In this document: one piece after another, positions 1 to 12,505 of the stretch
How positions within the stretch are numbered: the stretch's first letter is position 1
How the letters are laid out: each line of letters opens with the position of its first letter
Source: Camelus ferus
Lineage: Eukaryota
Assembly: GCF_009834535.1 (NCBI RefSeq)
Contig: NC_045696.1
Location: 1,426,001 to 1,490,000 of the forward strand
Reading direction: 5' to 3'
Length of the DNA stretch: 64,000 bases
Made by a program: the position numbers and the translations under genes
Notes under the pieces: generated by a model
Databases searched by the model: none
The model's input: the letters and a program-made list of their open reading frames with translations, nothing else
What the model was told of the DNA's origin: nothing

Positions 1-628
1 CCTGGACGTAAGTGACAAAGAGCCACGAAGCCGGAGGTTAGCCCGATGGAAGACCGGCCAGCTGCCTGTGCAGAAGCCAGGCCACGTGCGGGGCGGGGGG
101 CCGGCCGAGCCTGGTGGGCAGCCTGAGCTTCGGGATGCTGAGCGTCCGGGGAGAGCAAGGCAGGGCAGCGTGCGGCCAGGTGCCAGAGGGGAGCAACCTG
201 CGTGCTGAGAGCAGGGGAGACACAGGGTCCCCAGGTACGCGGCAGAGGAAAGATTCGCAGAGTAAATTTGTGGTTGGAAGCCTTCCCACAAAGAAAGGAC
301 CAGGCTTGGATGGTGGCACAGAAATTCTCTCGGACAGTTAAGGCACAGCTCGGAGCAATTCTACCGAAACTTTTCCACAAAACTGAAAAGAAAGGAATTA
401 TTCCCAAGGCGTTCTATGAGGCCAGCATCCTCCTGATCCACAAATCAGATGAGAAGTCACTAGGGGAAAAAATGCAGACAGGTATCTCTCACGAATGTAG
501 GTGGAAAATTCTAAACAAGTTTACTAAACTGAATCCAACACTGCATAAAAAAACATAACACATCATAGTTTAGCCCAAGAATTCAGAGTTGATCTAACTT
601 TCAAAGTTCAATCAGTGCAATGCGCCAT

Positions 629-670
629 GCCACACACTGACAGAACAACGCCGCACACTGACAGAACAAC
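629..670 (+). repeat. 21-bp tandem duplication, 2 copies
   Basis: gccacacactgacagaacaac / gccgcacactgacagaacaac, one mismatch. Confidence 0.9.
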
Positions 671-1221
671 GCGATTCTCTCAGGGGAACAGGAAGAGTGC
701 CGACAAAATGCAACAATCCCTCTGATAACAGCTCCCAGCGAACTAGAAATAGAAGGAACTTCCTCCTCTTGATAAACGGCATTTACAAAGAGCCTCCAGT
801 TGACGTCGGCCTCACGGGTGCGGCTGGATGCCCTCCCCTCAGCCCAGGAACAGGACGGGACGTGGGCTCTCGCCACCGCGCCCAGGCTGGGCCGGAAGAA
901 GGAAATGGAAGGCTGACGTCATGACTGGGGAGGAGGAAGGGGAACGGTCTTCACATGCAGGTGACGTGTCCGTCTACACAGAAGGCCTACTGGCATCTTC
1001 AAAAGACACTTCACTGCTAGAGCTGGTGAGTTACAGCCACAGAATCAAGGTCAACGTGTGAGCCTATGTCGAGCAGTCAGCAACCGGAAACTGAAGGGAA
1101 AAGAATGATGCTATTTATAGTTGAATGAACAGAAACTATTTAAGGATAAATCTGACAAAAGATGTGAAAGACATGCACACATAAATCAACGAAACTTCAC
1201 TGAGAGAAGTTACAGAGGACC

Positions 1222-2135
1222 TGACAGGGAGCAGGACCCTGTGCCCCGCCCCCCGACCCCGCATCCTGTTTATAGGGAAGCTGGCCTCCCAGGCTCCCCG
1301 AGTCACAGACGCACAGCTCCAGCAGTGGACGAGGACAATGCTGCAGGCACTGGGGGCGGCACCCACTCTGACCATCTGCCCCAGCCAGTAATTGAGATCA
1401 TTCCTTCATTTCCCTATAAAACTCCACCACTGAACAGAATATTTGGAGACGGGTTGAGGGGGTGCTGGGTCCACCAGACTGCAGGCATTTTGATTAAAAG
1501 CAACTTTTCTTTTGTTACCAAGGCAGTTGCCCCAGGATCGCACTCCTGCCCTCCCCCAAATAGAAACCAGCTACTCTTATCTTAGTCCCCAGAGGCAGCT
1601 GCAGAGAAGAAACACGAACTGGCTAGAACCAAAGGAGTCCAAGATGGTGGAGGATCTGACTTCCAGTGGACCTTGAGCCTCATTGTCCGGTCACTGTAAT
1701 GTGTTAGCTGCTAAATGACACACCCACCAGCGCCATGACAGTTGCCAGTTGCCATGACAACAACCGGAAAAGCCCACAGGAAGACTGAAAAGCCCGTACA
1801 AGGACTGACTGGCTCCATCAACCCAGAAGGAGGCATGGTAGTGGAAGCCCCTCGTCAAAGTCCACGTGGCCCGACGCTGGCTGGCGCCGTCCCTGCCGCC
1901 AATGTTGGCTGACGGCTCCCCACATCTCTTCCTCTTCCAGCGCCGCCTCCTCGCTCGAGAGCTGTTCTCCCCTCCTCCCTGCTCCAGCACTTTCCTTCCC
2001 TTTCCGCCTCTGAGCAATAAAGCAGCCGTGCCCCCCATCTCTCTGCCTCTGTTGTGCGAGTGCTTTCGCAGTTGGCGACCAGGACCCCACACTTTGGGGG
2101 GCTTCCTCATTTAGGGGTGCCTCCATCTGCCAACA
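1222..2135 (+). mobile_element. ERV1 solo LTR, MER41-like, possibly composite
   Basis: TG...CA termini. Perfect 4-bp TSD GACC at 1218-1221 and 2136-2139. TATAAAA 1415-1421, ATTAAA 1493-1498, AATAAA 2016-2021. The block ccaagatgg...tgctaaatgacacacccaccagcgccatgacagttgccagttgccatgacaac resembles the MER41 consensus as I recall it. Confidence 0.85.
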
Positions 2136-2903
2136 GACCTGAGGAAATGGGGAGCCTTCTGCCATCCTGGGTCGGAAGCCTCAATGTCCTTAAGGTATTG
2201 ATCCCCAAATTGATCTATTGATTTAACAAACTCTCAACCAATGCTCCAGAAGGCTCTTTTATTTATTTATTTATTTTTTTTGGTAGGATTTGACAAACTT
2301 ACTGTAAAGCCACTAAGGAAATGCAAAGGACCTAATAGGCAAGGTAACTGTGGAGGAGAAGAGCGAGGTTGGAGGACTTTCACTCTCTGATTAAGGACTT
2401 TGTAAAGGTAGACACCAAGACAGGGTGTTTCTATGAAGTCCAGAAGATGACCCACACATATATGAACAACTGTTTTTTGACAAACATGCAAAGGTAGTTC
2501 AGTGGAGAAGGGAGAATCTTTCAAACAAACGGTGTGGGAACAATTAGCTAGCCATGTGGGGGTGGGGAATGAAAGTTTATCTATACTCGGCACCATATAC
2601 AAAAGTTAACTCAAAAACGGATCGTGGATCTAAATATAAAGCCCAAAACTATAAAATATCTAGAATAATACACAGGAGAAAATCTCTGTGACTTTGGGTT
2701 AAGCAAAGATTGCTTAGATTCAACACCAAAAGGCTGAGTCATAAAACAGCAAATTGATAAACTAGGTTTTATCAAAACTTAAAATTTCTGCTCTTCAAAA
2801 GACACTACTGAGAGACTGAAAAGACCAGCTACAAACTGGGAGAAAGTACTTGTCAACTGTATGTCTGAAAAGACACGTATCCAGAATTCATAAAGAACTC
2901 TCA

Positions 2904-5098
2904 ACTAAAATCTGGGACAAGACAAGGCTGCCCACCATCACCACTCCTATTCAACATAGTCCTGTGAGTCCTGGCCACAGCAATCAGGCAAGAGAGAGAC
3001 ATAAAAGGCATCCAAATTGGAAAAGAAGAGGTAAAAGTGTCACTATATGCCAACGACATGTTACTATATACAGAAGACCCTAAAAGGTCCACACAAAAAC
3101 TACTACAGCTGATCGAAGAATTCAGCAAGGTAGCCAGTTACAAAATTAACGTTCAAAAATCAGTTACATTTCTTTACACTAATGATGAATCAACAGAAAA
3201 AGAAAGTAAAGAAACAATCCCCTTTAAAATAGCACCCAAAGTAATAAAATACCTAGGAATAAATCTAACCAAGGAGGTGAAAGAATTATACACAGAAAAC
3301 TATAAACCATTGATGAAGGAAATTAAAGAAGACTTTAAAAAATGGAAAGACATCCCATGCTCCTGGATTGGAATAATCAACATTGTTAAAATGGTCACGC
3401 TGCCCAAGGCAATCTACAGATTTAATGCAATCCCTATCAAATTACCCAGGACATATTTCACAGAACTAGAACAAAGCATAATAAAATTTATATGGAACCA
3501 TCAAAGACCTAGAATTGCCAAAGCATTACTGAAGAGAAAGAAAGAGGCTGGAGGAATAACTCTCCCAGACTTCAGACAATACTGTAGAGCTACAGTCATC
3601 AAGACAGCATGGTACTGGTACAAAAACAGGCATATAGACCAATGGAACAGAATAGAGAGCCCAGAAATGAACTCACAGACTTTTGGTCAACTAATCTTTG
3701 ACAAAGGAGGCAAGAATATACAATGGAATAAAGGCAGTCTCTTCAGCAAATGATGTTGGGAAAACTGGCAGCAGCATGTAAAGCAATGAAGCTAGAACAC
3801 TCCCTCACACCATACACAAAAATAAACTCAAAATGGATCAAAGATTTAAACATAAGACAAGATACAATAAACCTCCTAGAGGAAAATAAAGGCAAAACAT
3901 TATCTGACATACATCTCAAAAATGTTCTCCTAGGACAGTCTACCCAAGCAATAGAAATAAAAAGAATAAACAAATGGGACCTAGTGAAACTTATAAGCTT
4001 CTGCACAGCAAAGGAAACCATAAGTAAAACAAAACGACAATCTACGGAATGAGAGAACATTTTTGCAAATGAAACTAACAGAGGCTTGATCTCCAGAATA
4101 TATAAGCAGCTCATACGACTCAATAAGAAAAAAATAAACAACCCAATCCAAAATGGGCAGAAGACCTAAACAAGCAATTCTCCAAGGAAGAAATACAAAT
4201 GATCAATAGGCACATGAAAAAATGCTCAGTATCACTAATGATCAGAGAAAGGCAAATCAAAACTACAATGAGGTATCACCTCACACGAGTCAGAATGGCC
4301 ATCATTCAAAAATCCACAAATGACAAATGCTGGAGAGGCTGTGGAGAAAAGGGAACCCCTCCTACACCGCTGGTGGGAGTGCAGTTTGGTGCAGCCACTG
4401 TGGAAAACAATGTGGAGATTCCTCAAAAGACTAGGAATAGACTTACCGTATGACCCAGGAATCCCGCTCCTGGGCACATATCCAGAAGGAACCTGACTTC
4501 AAAAAGACACTTGCACCCCAATGTTCATAGCAGCACTATTTACAATAGCCAAGACATGGAAACAGCCTAAATGTCCATCAACAGATGACTGGATAAAGCA
4601 TTTGTGGTATATATATATACAATGGAATACTATTCAGCCATAAAAACCGACAACATAATGCCATTTGCAGCAACATGGATGCTCCTAGAGAATGTCATTC
4701 TAAGTGAAGTAAGCCAGAAAGAGAAAGAAAAATATCATATGAGATCACTCATGTGTGGAATCTAAAAAACAAACAAACAAACAAACAAAAACAAAGCATA
4801 AATACAAAACAGAAATAGACTCAGACATAGAATACAAACTTATGGTTGTCAAGGGGGCGGAGGGTGGGAAGAGATAGACTGGGAGTTCAAAATTGTTGAA
4901 TAGATAAACAAGATTATACTGTATAGCACAGGGAAATATATACTAGATCTTATGGTAGCTCACGGAGAAAAAAAATGTGACAATGAATATATATATGTTC
5001 ATGTATAACTGAAAAATTGTGCTCTACACTGGAATTTGACACAACATTGTAAAATTATTATAAATCCAGAAAAAATGTTTAAAAAAAAAGATGAAAAA
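2904..5098 (+). mobile_element. Young 5'-truncated LINE-1 (ORF2 RT/C-terminal part, 3'UTR, A-tail), inactive
   Basis: Starts in the RT region (LKSGTRQGCPPSPLLFNIV). ORF-track pieces 3037-3753, 3750-4052 and 4199-4453 are L1 ORF2. The catalytic (F/Y)ADD motif reads YAND. In-frame stops at ~2966 and 3751, plus frameshifts. A-rich tail; imperfect TSD aaagaactctca (2892-2903) / aaaaacctctca (5099-5110). Confidence 0.95.
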
Positions 5099-5790
5099 AA
5101 AAACCTCTCAAAACTCAATAATAAGAAAACTAATAACACTTTCTAAAAATGGGCAAAGGATTTGAACAGATGATTCACCAAAGAAGATACACAGATAGTA
5201 AATTAACACAGGAAAAAAATACTCAACATCATTAGCCATCAGGGAAAGTAACACTGCAATGAGACACCACTGTCCACCTACTAGGACGGCCCAGCCATTT
5301 GACTCCCCAAGAGGAACGAAAAGGATACATTCACACAAAGACTCACGCCTAAACGTCCACCCCAGCTTTATTTGTAATAGCCCCAAACAAGAAGCAATGC
5401 ACATGTCTGTCAGCAGACTGCAAGGCATCCAAATAATGGAATTCTGTTCAGCATTAAGTGGGAGTGAAACTCTGGTTCACACAGCAACATGGATGGATCT
5501 CAAAATATTGATGCTGAGTGACAGAATGATTCCACTTACATAAGACTTTAGAAAGTGCAAACTAATCTGCAGTGACAGAAAGAAGATCAGTGGTTGCCTG
5601 GAGATGAAGGGGGTGCAGAGGCAGGGGCGGGGATCTCAGATGGGGATTGAGGAGCTGGGTAGGTCATTATCTCGTCTGTGGTGATGGTTTCATAGGTGCA
5701 CACATGTGTCAAAACTTGTCAAATAGTGTTTTATGTGCATATCTTATTACGTCAACTTTACCTCTAGAAGGCTTTTTAAAAAAATTCTGA
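5099..5790 (+). mobile_element. 3' part of the old L1M host element
   Basis: Continues the L1 sequence broken at 2903 (aaactcaataataag...aaatgggcaaaggatttgaacaga...acagcaacatggatggatctc). Confidence 0.85.
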
Positions 5791-5794
5791 GTAA

Positions 5795-7737
5795 TGACAT
5801 CAGTAAAATGGCAGAATAAGGACATCCAAAATCCTCTTAGCCAGAGGAGCAACATTGGCAAAAATGATCGGGATCAACTTTTTCAGACCTCTGGAAACTA
5901 ACCAAGGACTTGAAACGAGGAATGTTTATTCATGAAAAACAGCTGAATCTTGGTGAGATCAGTGAGCTTTGTGGCATTTTGAGTTGCTCTATTCCCGTCT
6001 GCCCCCACCACCCCATCTCCACAATAGCCTTGAAAATCAACAGCCTGGCAGCCAGGGGAAAGGGGCAAAATGGAGATGGTACCCCGGTGCCCCATTCCCA
6101 GAGAATCATCAGTCTCTGACCCATCTGCTGGTCCTCAGAAGACCACGCTTGCAAGGCCATCTTCCTCTGACTTGACCTCGAGCTCATCCAGCAGGAACAG
6201 CCATTTCCCCAAGGTCATTTGTTTTCTAAGAAAATCAGAGGCAATCGCTCAACATTGCGGTGGATAACAGGGCAAAAATAAACAAACAATCTTAAAAGAA
6301 GAAGCTGGGATGAAATGTCCACAGGGAGATTTGGAAAAGTCCCATACATTCCTAGGAATCTGGACGGCCAGGCACTTGTCCAGGGCTGTGCACCTGCTCA
6401 GTAAGGAGCCGAGGTGGCCCTGCACTCTCACCTCTGGCCAGTCTGTGGAAGTGAAGGCTACAGCAGAGTTGTCCATTGCTGGACTGAGTGTGGAAGATGC
6501 CCCAGCACCACGGAGAGAGCCCTTTAGCAAAGACTGAGACGTACTGGTTCAGGAATTTAAGAAAATCTCCATGCAATCGCTAGCTGACCACTAAGCTAGC
6601 CGAGGAGAGATTTCAATAGCCACACAGGACAAATAATACAGATTTTATAGAATTAATTCAGGAAATCACCAACAAACAACACCAAAACTACATATTCCAG
6701 CAGCAAACCTTGGGGAGAGGAGAGAGTCTGATTTCCAGAGTTGCCTCATTATATTATTTCAAATGTCCAGCTGGAAAAATAGAGACATGCAAAGAAACAA
6801 GAAGGCATGTCCCGTTCACAGTGGAGAAAGCAATCAGTAGAAATGTCCCTGTGGCAGCCCAGACACTACGTTTACCAGAAACTTCAAATCAGCTGTTTTA
6901 AATATAACTGAAGGGCTGAAGGAAACCAAGCATAGAGAGAGAACAACGTGTCGTCAAACGAGGAGCATCGACAGAGATGCAGGAAGAACCAAATGGAAAT
7001 TCTGGAGTTGAAAAGTACAATAAATGAGATTTAAAAATTCATTGGCAGTCTCACAAGCAGAGGAGAGAACCAGCCGGCTTGAAGATCGGGCAGCCTGTCC
7101 AGTCAGAGGAACAGAATGAGAGAGGAAAAAAGAAAGAAAGAAAAGTGAGCAGAGCCTTAGAGACATGTGGGACACCACTAGGCATCCCAAAATGCACATG
7201 ATAGGGTCCCGAACACAGAGAAGAGAGACAGGAAAGAGCAGAGAGAGTATCTGAGAAAAAATGAGGGCCTAAAACTTCTCAAATTTGATGAAAAACATTA
7301 ATTTACACATTGTAGAAGCTCAAAAAACTCTAAGTAGGATAAACTCAGAGATCCACACCTGAACACAGTGTAACCAAACTGTAACAGGTCACAGATGAGG
7401 GGAGGTCTTCAAAGGAGCAAGAGGAAAACGATGTGTCTCATACAAGGGATCCTGAGTAAGACTGACAGCTGGATTCCCATCAGAAACCACGGAGAACAAA
7501 GTCAGAGTGCTGATGGGTGGCGGCCGCCCGCCTGGGGTTCTGTTCACAGTAACCTGTGCTGCAAAATGAAAGCGATACTAAGACACATTAAAAAATAACA
7601 AAATTAAATGACAAAAAATATAAATATATTTAAAAATATAAATATGTATATATTTAATAAAATGAACAAAATACATAAAATCTGAGAGGATCCAACACTA
7701 GTAAGACTGCCCTACAAGAAACACCAAAGAGAGGCAT
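5795..7737 (+). mobile_element. Old LINE-1 5'UTR and ORF1 relic
   Basis: L1-type 5' start with a YY1-like AAAATGGC. ORF1-like segments (gaaattctggagttgaaaagtacaataaatga; agagccttagagacatgtgggacaccac; aaacttctcaaatttgatgaaaaac). Confidence 0.75.
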
Positions 7738-8475
7738 TTCATCATCAAAAAGTCTACAAGCAATGAATGCTGGAGAGGGTGTGGGGTAAAGGGCGCTTCC
7801 CACACTGCTGGTGAGAATGTAAATTGGTGCAGCCACTGTGGGGGACAGTATGGAATTTCCTTAGAAAACTAAAAATAGAGCTACCATATGATCCAGCAAT
7901 CCCACTCCTGGACATATATCCGGAAAAAAACCCAGTGCTCACAGCAGCACTATTTACAGCAGCCAAGACATGGAAGCAACCTAAATGTCCATCGACAGAT
8001 GACTGGATGAAGAAGTTGTGGTGTATGTACACAATGGAATACTACTCTGCCATAAAAAAGAATAAAATCATGCCATTTGCAGCAACGTGGATGGACCTGG
8101 AGATGGTCATACTGAGTGAAGTCAGTCAGAGAAAGACAAGTACCCTATGATATCACTTATATGTGGAATCTAAAAAAAAGACAGAAATGAACATATTTAC
8201 AAAGCAGAAAAAACTCACAGAGATAGAAAACAAACTGATGGTTACCGGGGGAAAGGGGACGGGGCAGAGAGATAACCTGGGAGTTTGGGATTTGCAGGTA
8301 CTAACTACTATATGTAAAACAGATAAACAAGGCCCTGCTGTGCAGCATAGGGAACTGTATTCAGCATCTTGTAATAACCTATAATGGAAAAGAATCTGAG
8401 AAAGAATGTATACACATATGTATGTATAACTGAATCACCTTGCTGTACACCTGATACTAACACAAAATTGTGAAT
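7738..8475 (+). mobile_element. Young LINE-1 3' fragment (ORF2 C-terminus and 3'UTR)
   Basis: ORF 7824-8150 ([29 protein letters not shown]...[24 protein letters not shown]) is the canonical L1 ORF2 C-terminus. Confidence 0.92.
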
Positions 8476-8479
8476 CGTG

Positions 8480-8600
8480 TGATGGAAAATTCCAGAAGCA
8501 GATAGAGGGGCTGGTTGCACAGCAGTGTGGACGTACTAAATGGCGCTGAATTACACTTTAAAAGGGTGAATTGCAAGATAAGTGAATTATATCTCATTTG
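8480..8600 (+). mobile_element. Old L1M 3' terminus fragment
   Basis: ggttgcacagcagtgtggacgtactaaatggcgctgaattacactttaaaagggtgaatt...tatatctca resembles L1MB/MC 3' ends. Confidence 0.65.
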
Positions 8601-11199
8601 TTAAGAGATGATTCCTTTCAAAGATGGTAACTGGTTAAAAGGGGCACCGAGGCCAGCCCACACCCACTGCGCTCCTGGTCCTGGAGGAGGGCGGCCTGCG
8701 CCCGCCACTGGGGGTGCACATGCCAGGGTCATGAGGGGCCCTCGGAGCCGCTCCCCCGGCTGCGGCTCTCCAGGAGCAGGCTGGCGCTCTGTAACCCAGA
8801 CGCCCTGATGCCAAGGGGGCCCTGGCACCTTGCCGCTGCGACCACGGCTTCTGGCCTTGGCCGGCTTCCAGCCTGCGCCTCCACCTCTCCCTGCGAGACC
8901 TAATCTGCCCGCATCTGCCACTGATTTCTGATTCTAAGGACGCTGCGTTTACAGTGGTGAGATGAGTGAGTTTCTGCGGGAGAGTCCAAGAGCTGACCCG
9001 TGGTGGGGGAGGCGGTGGGCCAAGTGTGCCCTGTCCCTAAGCTTCTGTGCTTGTGTCCGGGGAGCCTGGCTGCATCCCAGGGGCCTGGCATCAGGGGAAG
9101 TGGAGGGGCAGAGGTGGGAGGAGGGAGCCCAGCCAGGCCTCCACCGCTGGGCAGAGGCAGCCTCGAATCCAAGCCCCCAGCTCCGCTCACGGGAACCTGG
9201 ACAAGAAAATGCTGTAGCTTCCTGCATTTAGAAAATCATGTTTCTGATTCAAATATTAGGGGCACTTGGCTCCCTGGTGCACTGGTCAACCCAGAAGGCA
9301 TGCAGCTGGAGAGACCCAGAGGGTTTTGGCTCCGTTTCCCCGTTCCCCCTCCTAGGATGCACTCGGGCAGGCCGGCGTCTGTGCGTCTGTCCGTCTGTCC
9401 ACAGCCCGGCCTGGGAACACAGACGTCAGGATAGACAATCGCAACTTCTGCGCTCGTACCCACGTGCGGTGACATGTCCCGGGTCCCCGAGCACTGGCTT
9501 CCGTGATGGACTCACTGAGCACCCCCAGGGCCCGCTGATCAGCCTGTCAGGCTCGAGACTGGAGACCAAGGTCTGGGGTGCAGAACCGCGGCCCTGGGTC
9601 CTGACCCCCAGCTCGGCACCCACCAGGACAGACTGCCTCCTACAGGACCTGCAGCTGGCTTCCAAGGCACCTGTGGGAGACCAGCCCCCTGGGCCCCACC
9701 CACAGGTGACCCCCTCATGGTGTCAGCTGGGTCCGGGGCCTCCTTCTGCAGACAACTGTGGAGAAGGAGGCAGCTCAGGAGACCAGGATCCAGTCCTGGT
9801 TCAGCACGAGTCTGCCGCATCCGGGCAAGTCTTGCCCCCTCCAGTCGGGCCATTCGGACTGGATGACCTTAGAGGCATGTGGCTCCCGAGAGCCCCCGCC
9901 CTGACCCACTCCCCCGATGTCCCGCCATCTCCCGCTGTCTTCTCTGGGCTTGGGGCATCTGGCAGAGATACCGCATCAGACATCACGGGGGTCACCAGCA
10001 GCAGCTGGTGCCAGCCTCCCCTCCTTAGGAGGCTGACTCTAGAAAGAGGAGCTTGGCGCTGGGATGATGGCTCCAGGCGCGGAGCCCACGAAGCTGACCG
10101 CTGGCGCACGAGCCCAGGACAAGTGGGACGGAGCATCTGGAGGGAACTCTTGGGCTCCGACCTGGAGCCACTGAGGACGTTTGAGGTTCCGGGTTCCAGC
10201 TCCACAGGGTCAGGCTGAGTTGCAGCTGCTCCTGTCCACTCCCCATCGTGGCTCTGCCTTTCCCGGGCCGCCCCGCAGACGGGATCGTACAGAACGAAGG
10301 CTGTCGGGTCCGGCTTCTTTCACTTGGGAAAACGCACTGAAGATTCACCCGTGCCGCGTGCCCACGACCTCGCTCCTCCCCATTCCTGCAGCCCACTCCA
10401 CTGAGTGGCTGCGCCCCCGTTCGGTCATCCACTCATCTGCTGAACGGCACCTGAGTTCTCTGCGGGCTTTGTCAGCGTAAAGTGGCTGTGCACAGGTGCT
10501 TCCAATCCACCTGGGTAGGTGCAGGGCTCTGTGCAGGGGAGCAGCCGCCCCAGGTGATTTCTGGACAGACCTGAACAGAGGCGCCCGGGCAGTGTCAATG
10601 CACGCAGTCACCAGAACACTCTCCTGCAGCCTGCAAGGGCAGCCCGCCTTGGAAGCGAGGCCCCCGCACCCACCTACTGAACTGAGACCGGAGGGCGCAC
10701 AGCCCCCCAGCACGTGGCAACAACAGGGATGGCTCCTCGGACCTTCCTGGTGCGACGCGGCATCCGTGAGGCACCACAGTCCCGGTGGTCACCCAGATGC
10801 TGTTCTCAGTCCCTGGAAACAAGGCAAAGCCAGGAAGTGATGCACTGAGCCCACCTCTGCAGAAGGAGGGTGGTCCCTGACCCCCCCCCCTTGCTGACCT
10901 CACTCCCTTCTAGTCCTCCTGGGACCACCTGAGCTCCCAAGAGTGAGATGCAGGTGGTACATCCCGCCCCCGACCCGGTGCCCAGGGGAGCCTCGAAGGA
11001 AGGGAGGACCAGGGAGACAGACATTCAGGGTGGGAGACCCCAGGAAAGGTGCGGGCGGGGGCTCTGGGCAGGGGACTTACTATTCCGGGATATGAGCACA
11101 GATGTGCAGAACGAATGAAGTCAAAATCGTCATCCTGCCGCCCCAGCGTCATTGACACCCGTCCAGCCGGGAGAAACCTCCGGTCAGAGCTGCAGGAAG

Positions 11200-11640
11200 T
11201 ATGAACGCGGGCTGCTCCCGTGGCTGCGGTAACAAACACACGTCCTGGCTTTAAACAACAGAAATTCATTCTCTCACAGTTTTGAGGCCATAAGCTCAAA
11301 ATCAGGGAGTTGGCGGGGCCGAACTGTCTTCCGAGGCTGTCGGAGAGGCCCCTCTGCCTCCTTCGGCTTCTGGTCCCTGGACTTGGGGCCACGTCGTGCC
11401 AACCTTCCAGACCAGCGTCTCCAACTCTGTGCCCTGACTTCACACGGCCTTCCTGCTCTGGGTCGTCGAATCCCTGCTCCCGTCTTATAAGGACACTTGT
11501 GATGGCATTTAGGGGCGGCCCCAACAGTCCGGGCTGGTACCCTTACTTCAAAACCCTTAATTCAACCCTTAAGTTTGACACATAAGGTCATAGACACAGA
11601 TTCCAGAAATTAGGGGGTGTAGGTATTTTGGGGGGCTTTT
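11200..11640 (-). mobile_element. MaLR LTR (MLT1-type)
   Basis: ggctttaaacaacagaaattcattctctcacagttttgaggcc...tcttataaggacacttgtgatggcatttaggg is typical reverse-oriented MLT1. Confidence 0.8.
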
Positions 11641-11921
11641 CTATGTTCTAAGTGGGTTATTTCTGCTCTGTAGGAAAGACGGAGAGTCTTAAAACTTCCG
11701 TGATGAGGAATCTTCTGCTCTTTCGTATTGTTTCTCATGTTTTCCCAGGGAATTCTCTTGGGCATTTAAAGGAAGTAACGGCCCGACCGCATGATGACCT
11801 GTTACTCGTTCCTCACTCGCTGCACCAGCTAGGACTCCTGGTCTGTGTCCAGCCTCGATGGGGACCACGGCTGTCTTACTGTTGAGCATGATGTGGGCTA
11901 ATAGTTCATGGTGAGAACTAA

Positions 11922-12505
11922 TTTGAAAAGACACCTGCACCCCAGTGTTCACGGCAGCACTAATTACAGTAGACAAGACATGGAAACAGCCTAAATGTCT
12001 ATTGAGAGATGACTGGATAAAGAAGTTGTGGTGTATTTATACAGTGGAATACTACTCAGCCATAAAAAAGAATGAAATAATGCCATTTGCAGCAACATGG
12101 GTGGACCTGGAGGTGGTCATACTAAGTGAAGTAAGACAGAAAGAGAAAGGAAAATACCATATGAGATCGCTCATATGTGGAATCTAAAAAAAGGAAAAGA
12201 AGACACCGATGAACTCATCTTCAAAACAGGAAGAGACTCACAAACATAGAAAACAACCTTATGGTTACCAGGGGGAAAGGGGGTGGGAAGGGATAAATTA
12301 GGAGTTTGAGATTTGCAAATATTAACTAGTTTATATAAAATAAACAAGTTTCCTCTGTATATCCTGGGGAAAGATATTCAATATCTTGTAGTGACCTATA
12401 ATGGAAAAGAATCTGAAAAGGAATCTGTGTCTGTGCACGTATGCCTGAAACATGCTGTGCACCAGAAGCTGACACAACATTGCAAACTGACTACACTACA
12501 AAAAA
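11922..12505 (+). mobile_element. Young LINE-1 3' fragment
   Basis: ORF 11945-12187 is the L1 ORF2 C-terminus. Its 3'UTR is similar to those at ~8170-8470 and ~59370-59680. Confidence 0.92.

Larger units (their letters stand above)
340..2903 (+). mobile_element. Old LINE-1 (L1M-type) ORF2 relic, interrupted by an LTR (1222-2135) and a younger L1 (2904-5098)
   Basis: Degenerate ORF2 peptides (ILPKLFHKTEKKGIIPKAFYEASILLIHKSD, matching the L1 'LPNSFYEASITLIPKP' region). L1 sequence resumes across each insertion point. Confidence 0.85.

Noticed and set aside
3037..4453. 238-, 100- and 84-aa ORFs as host genes or an active retrotransposon
   Set aside because: Fragments of L1 ORF2 in a 5'-truncated copy with stops, frameshifts and a mutated catalytic motif (YAND)
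9238..10218. Longest ORF in the track (326 aa)
   Set aside because: Pro/Gly/Ser-rich with no recognisable domain, overlapped by similar ORFs on both strands; expected by chance at this GC content
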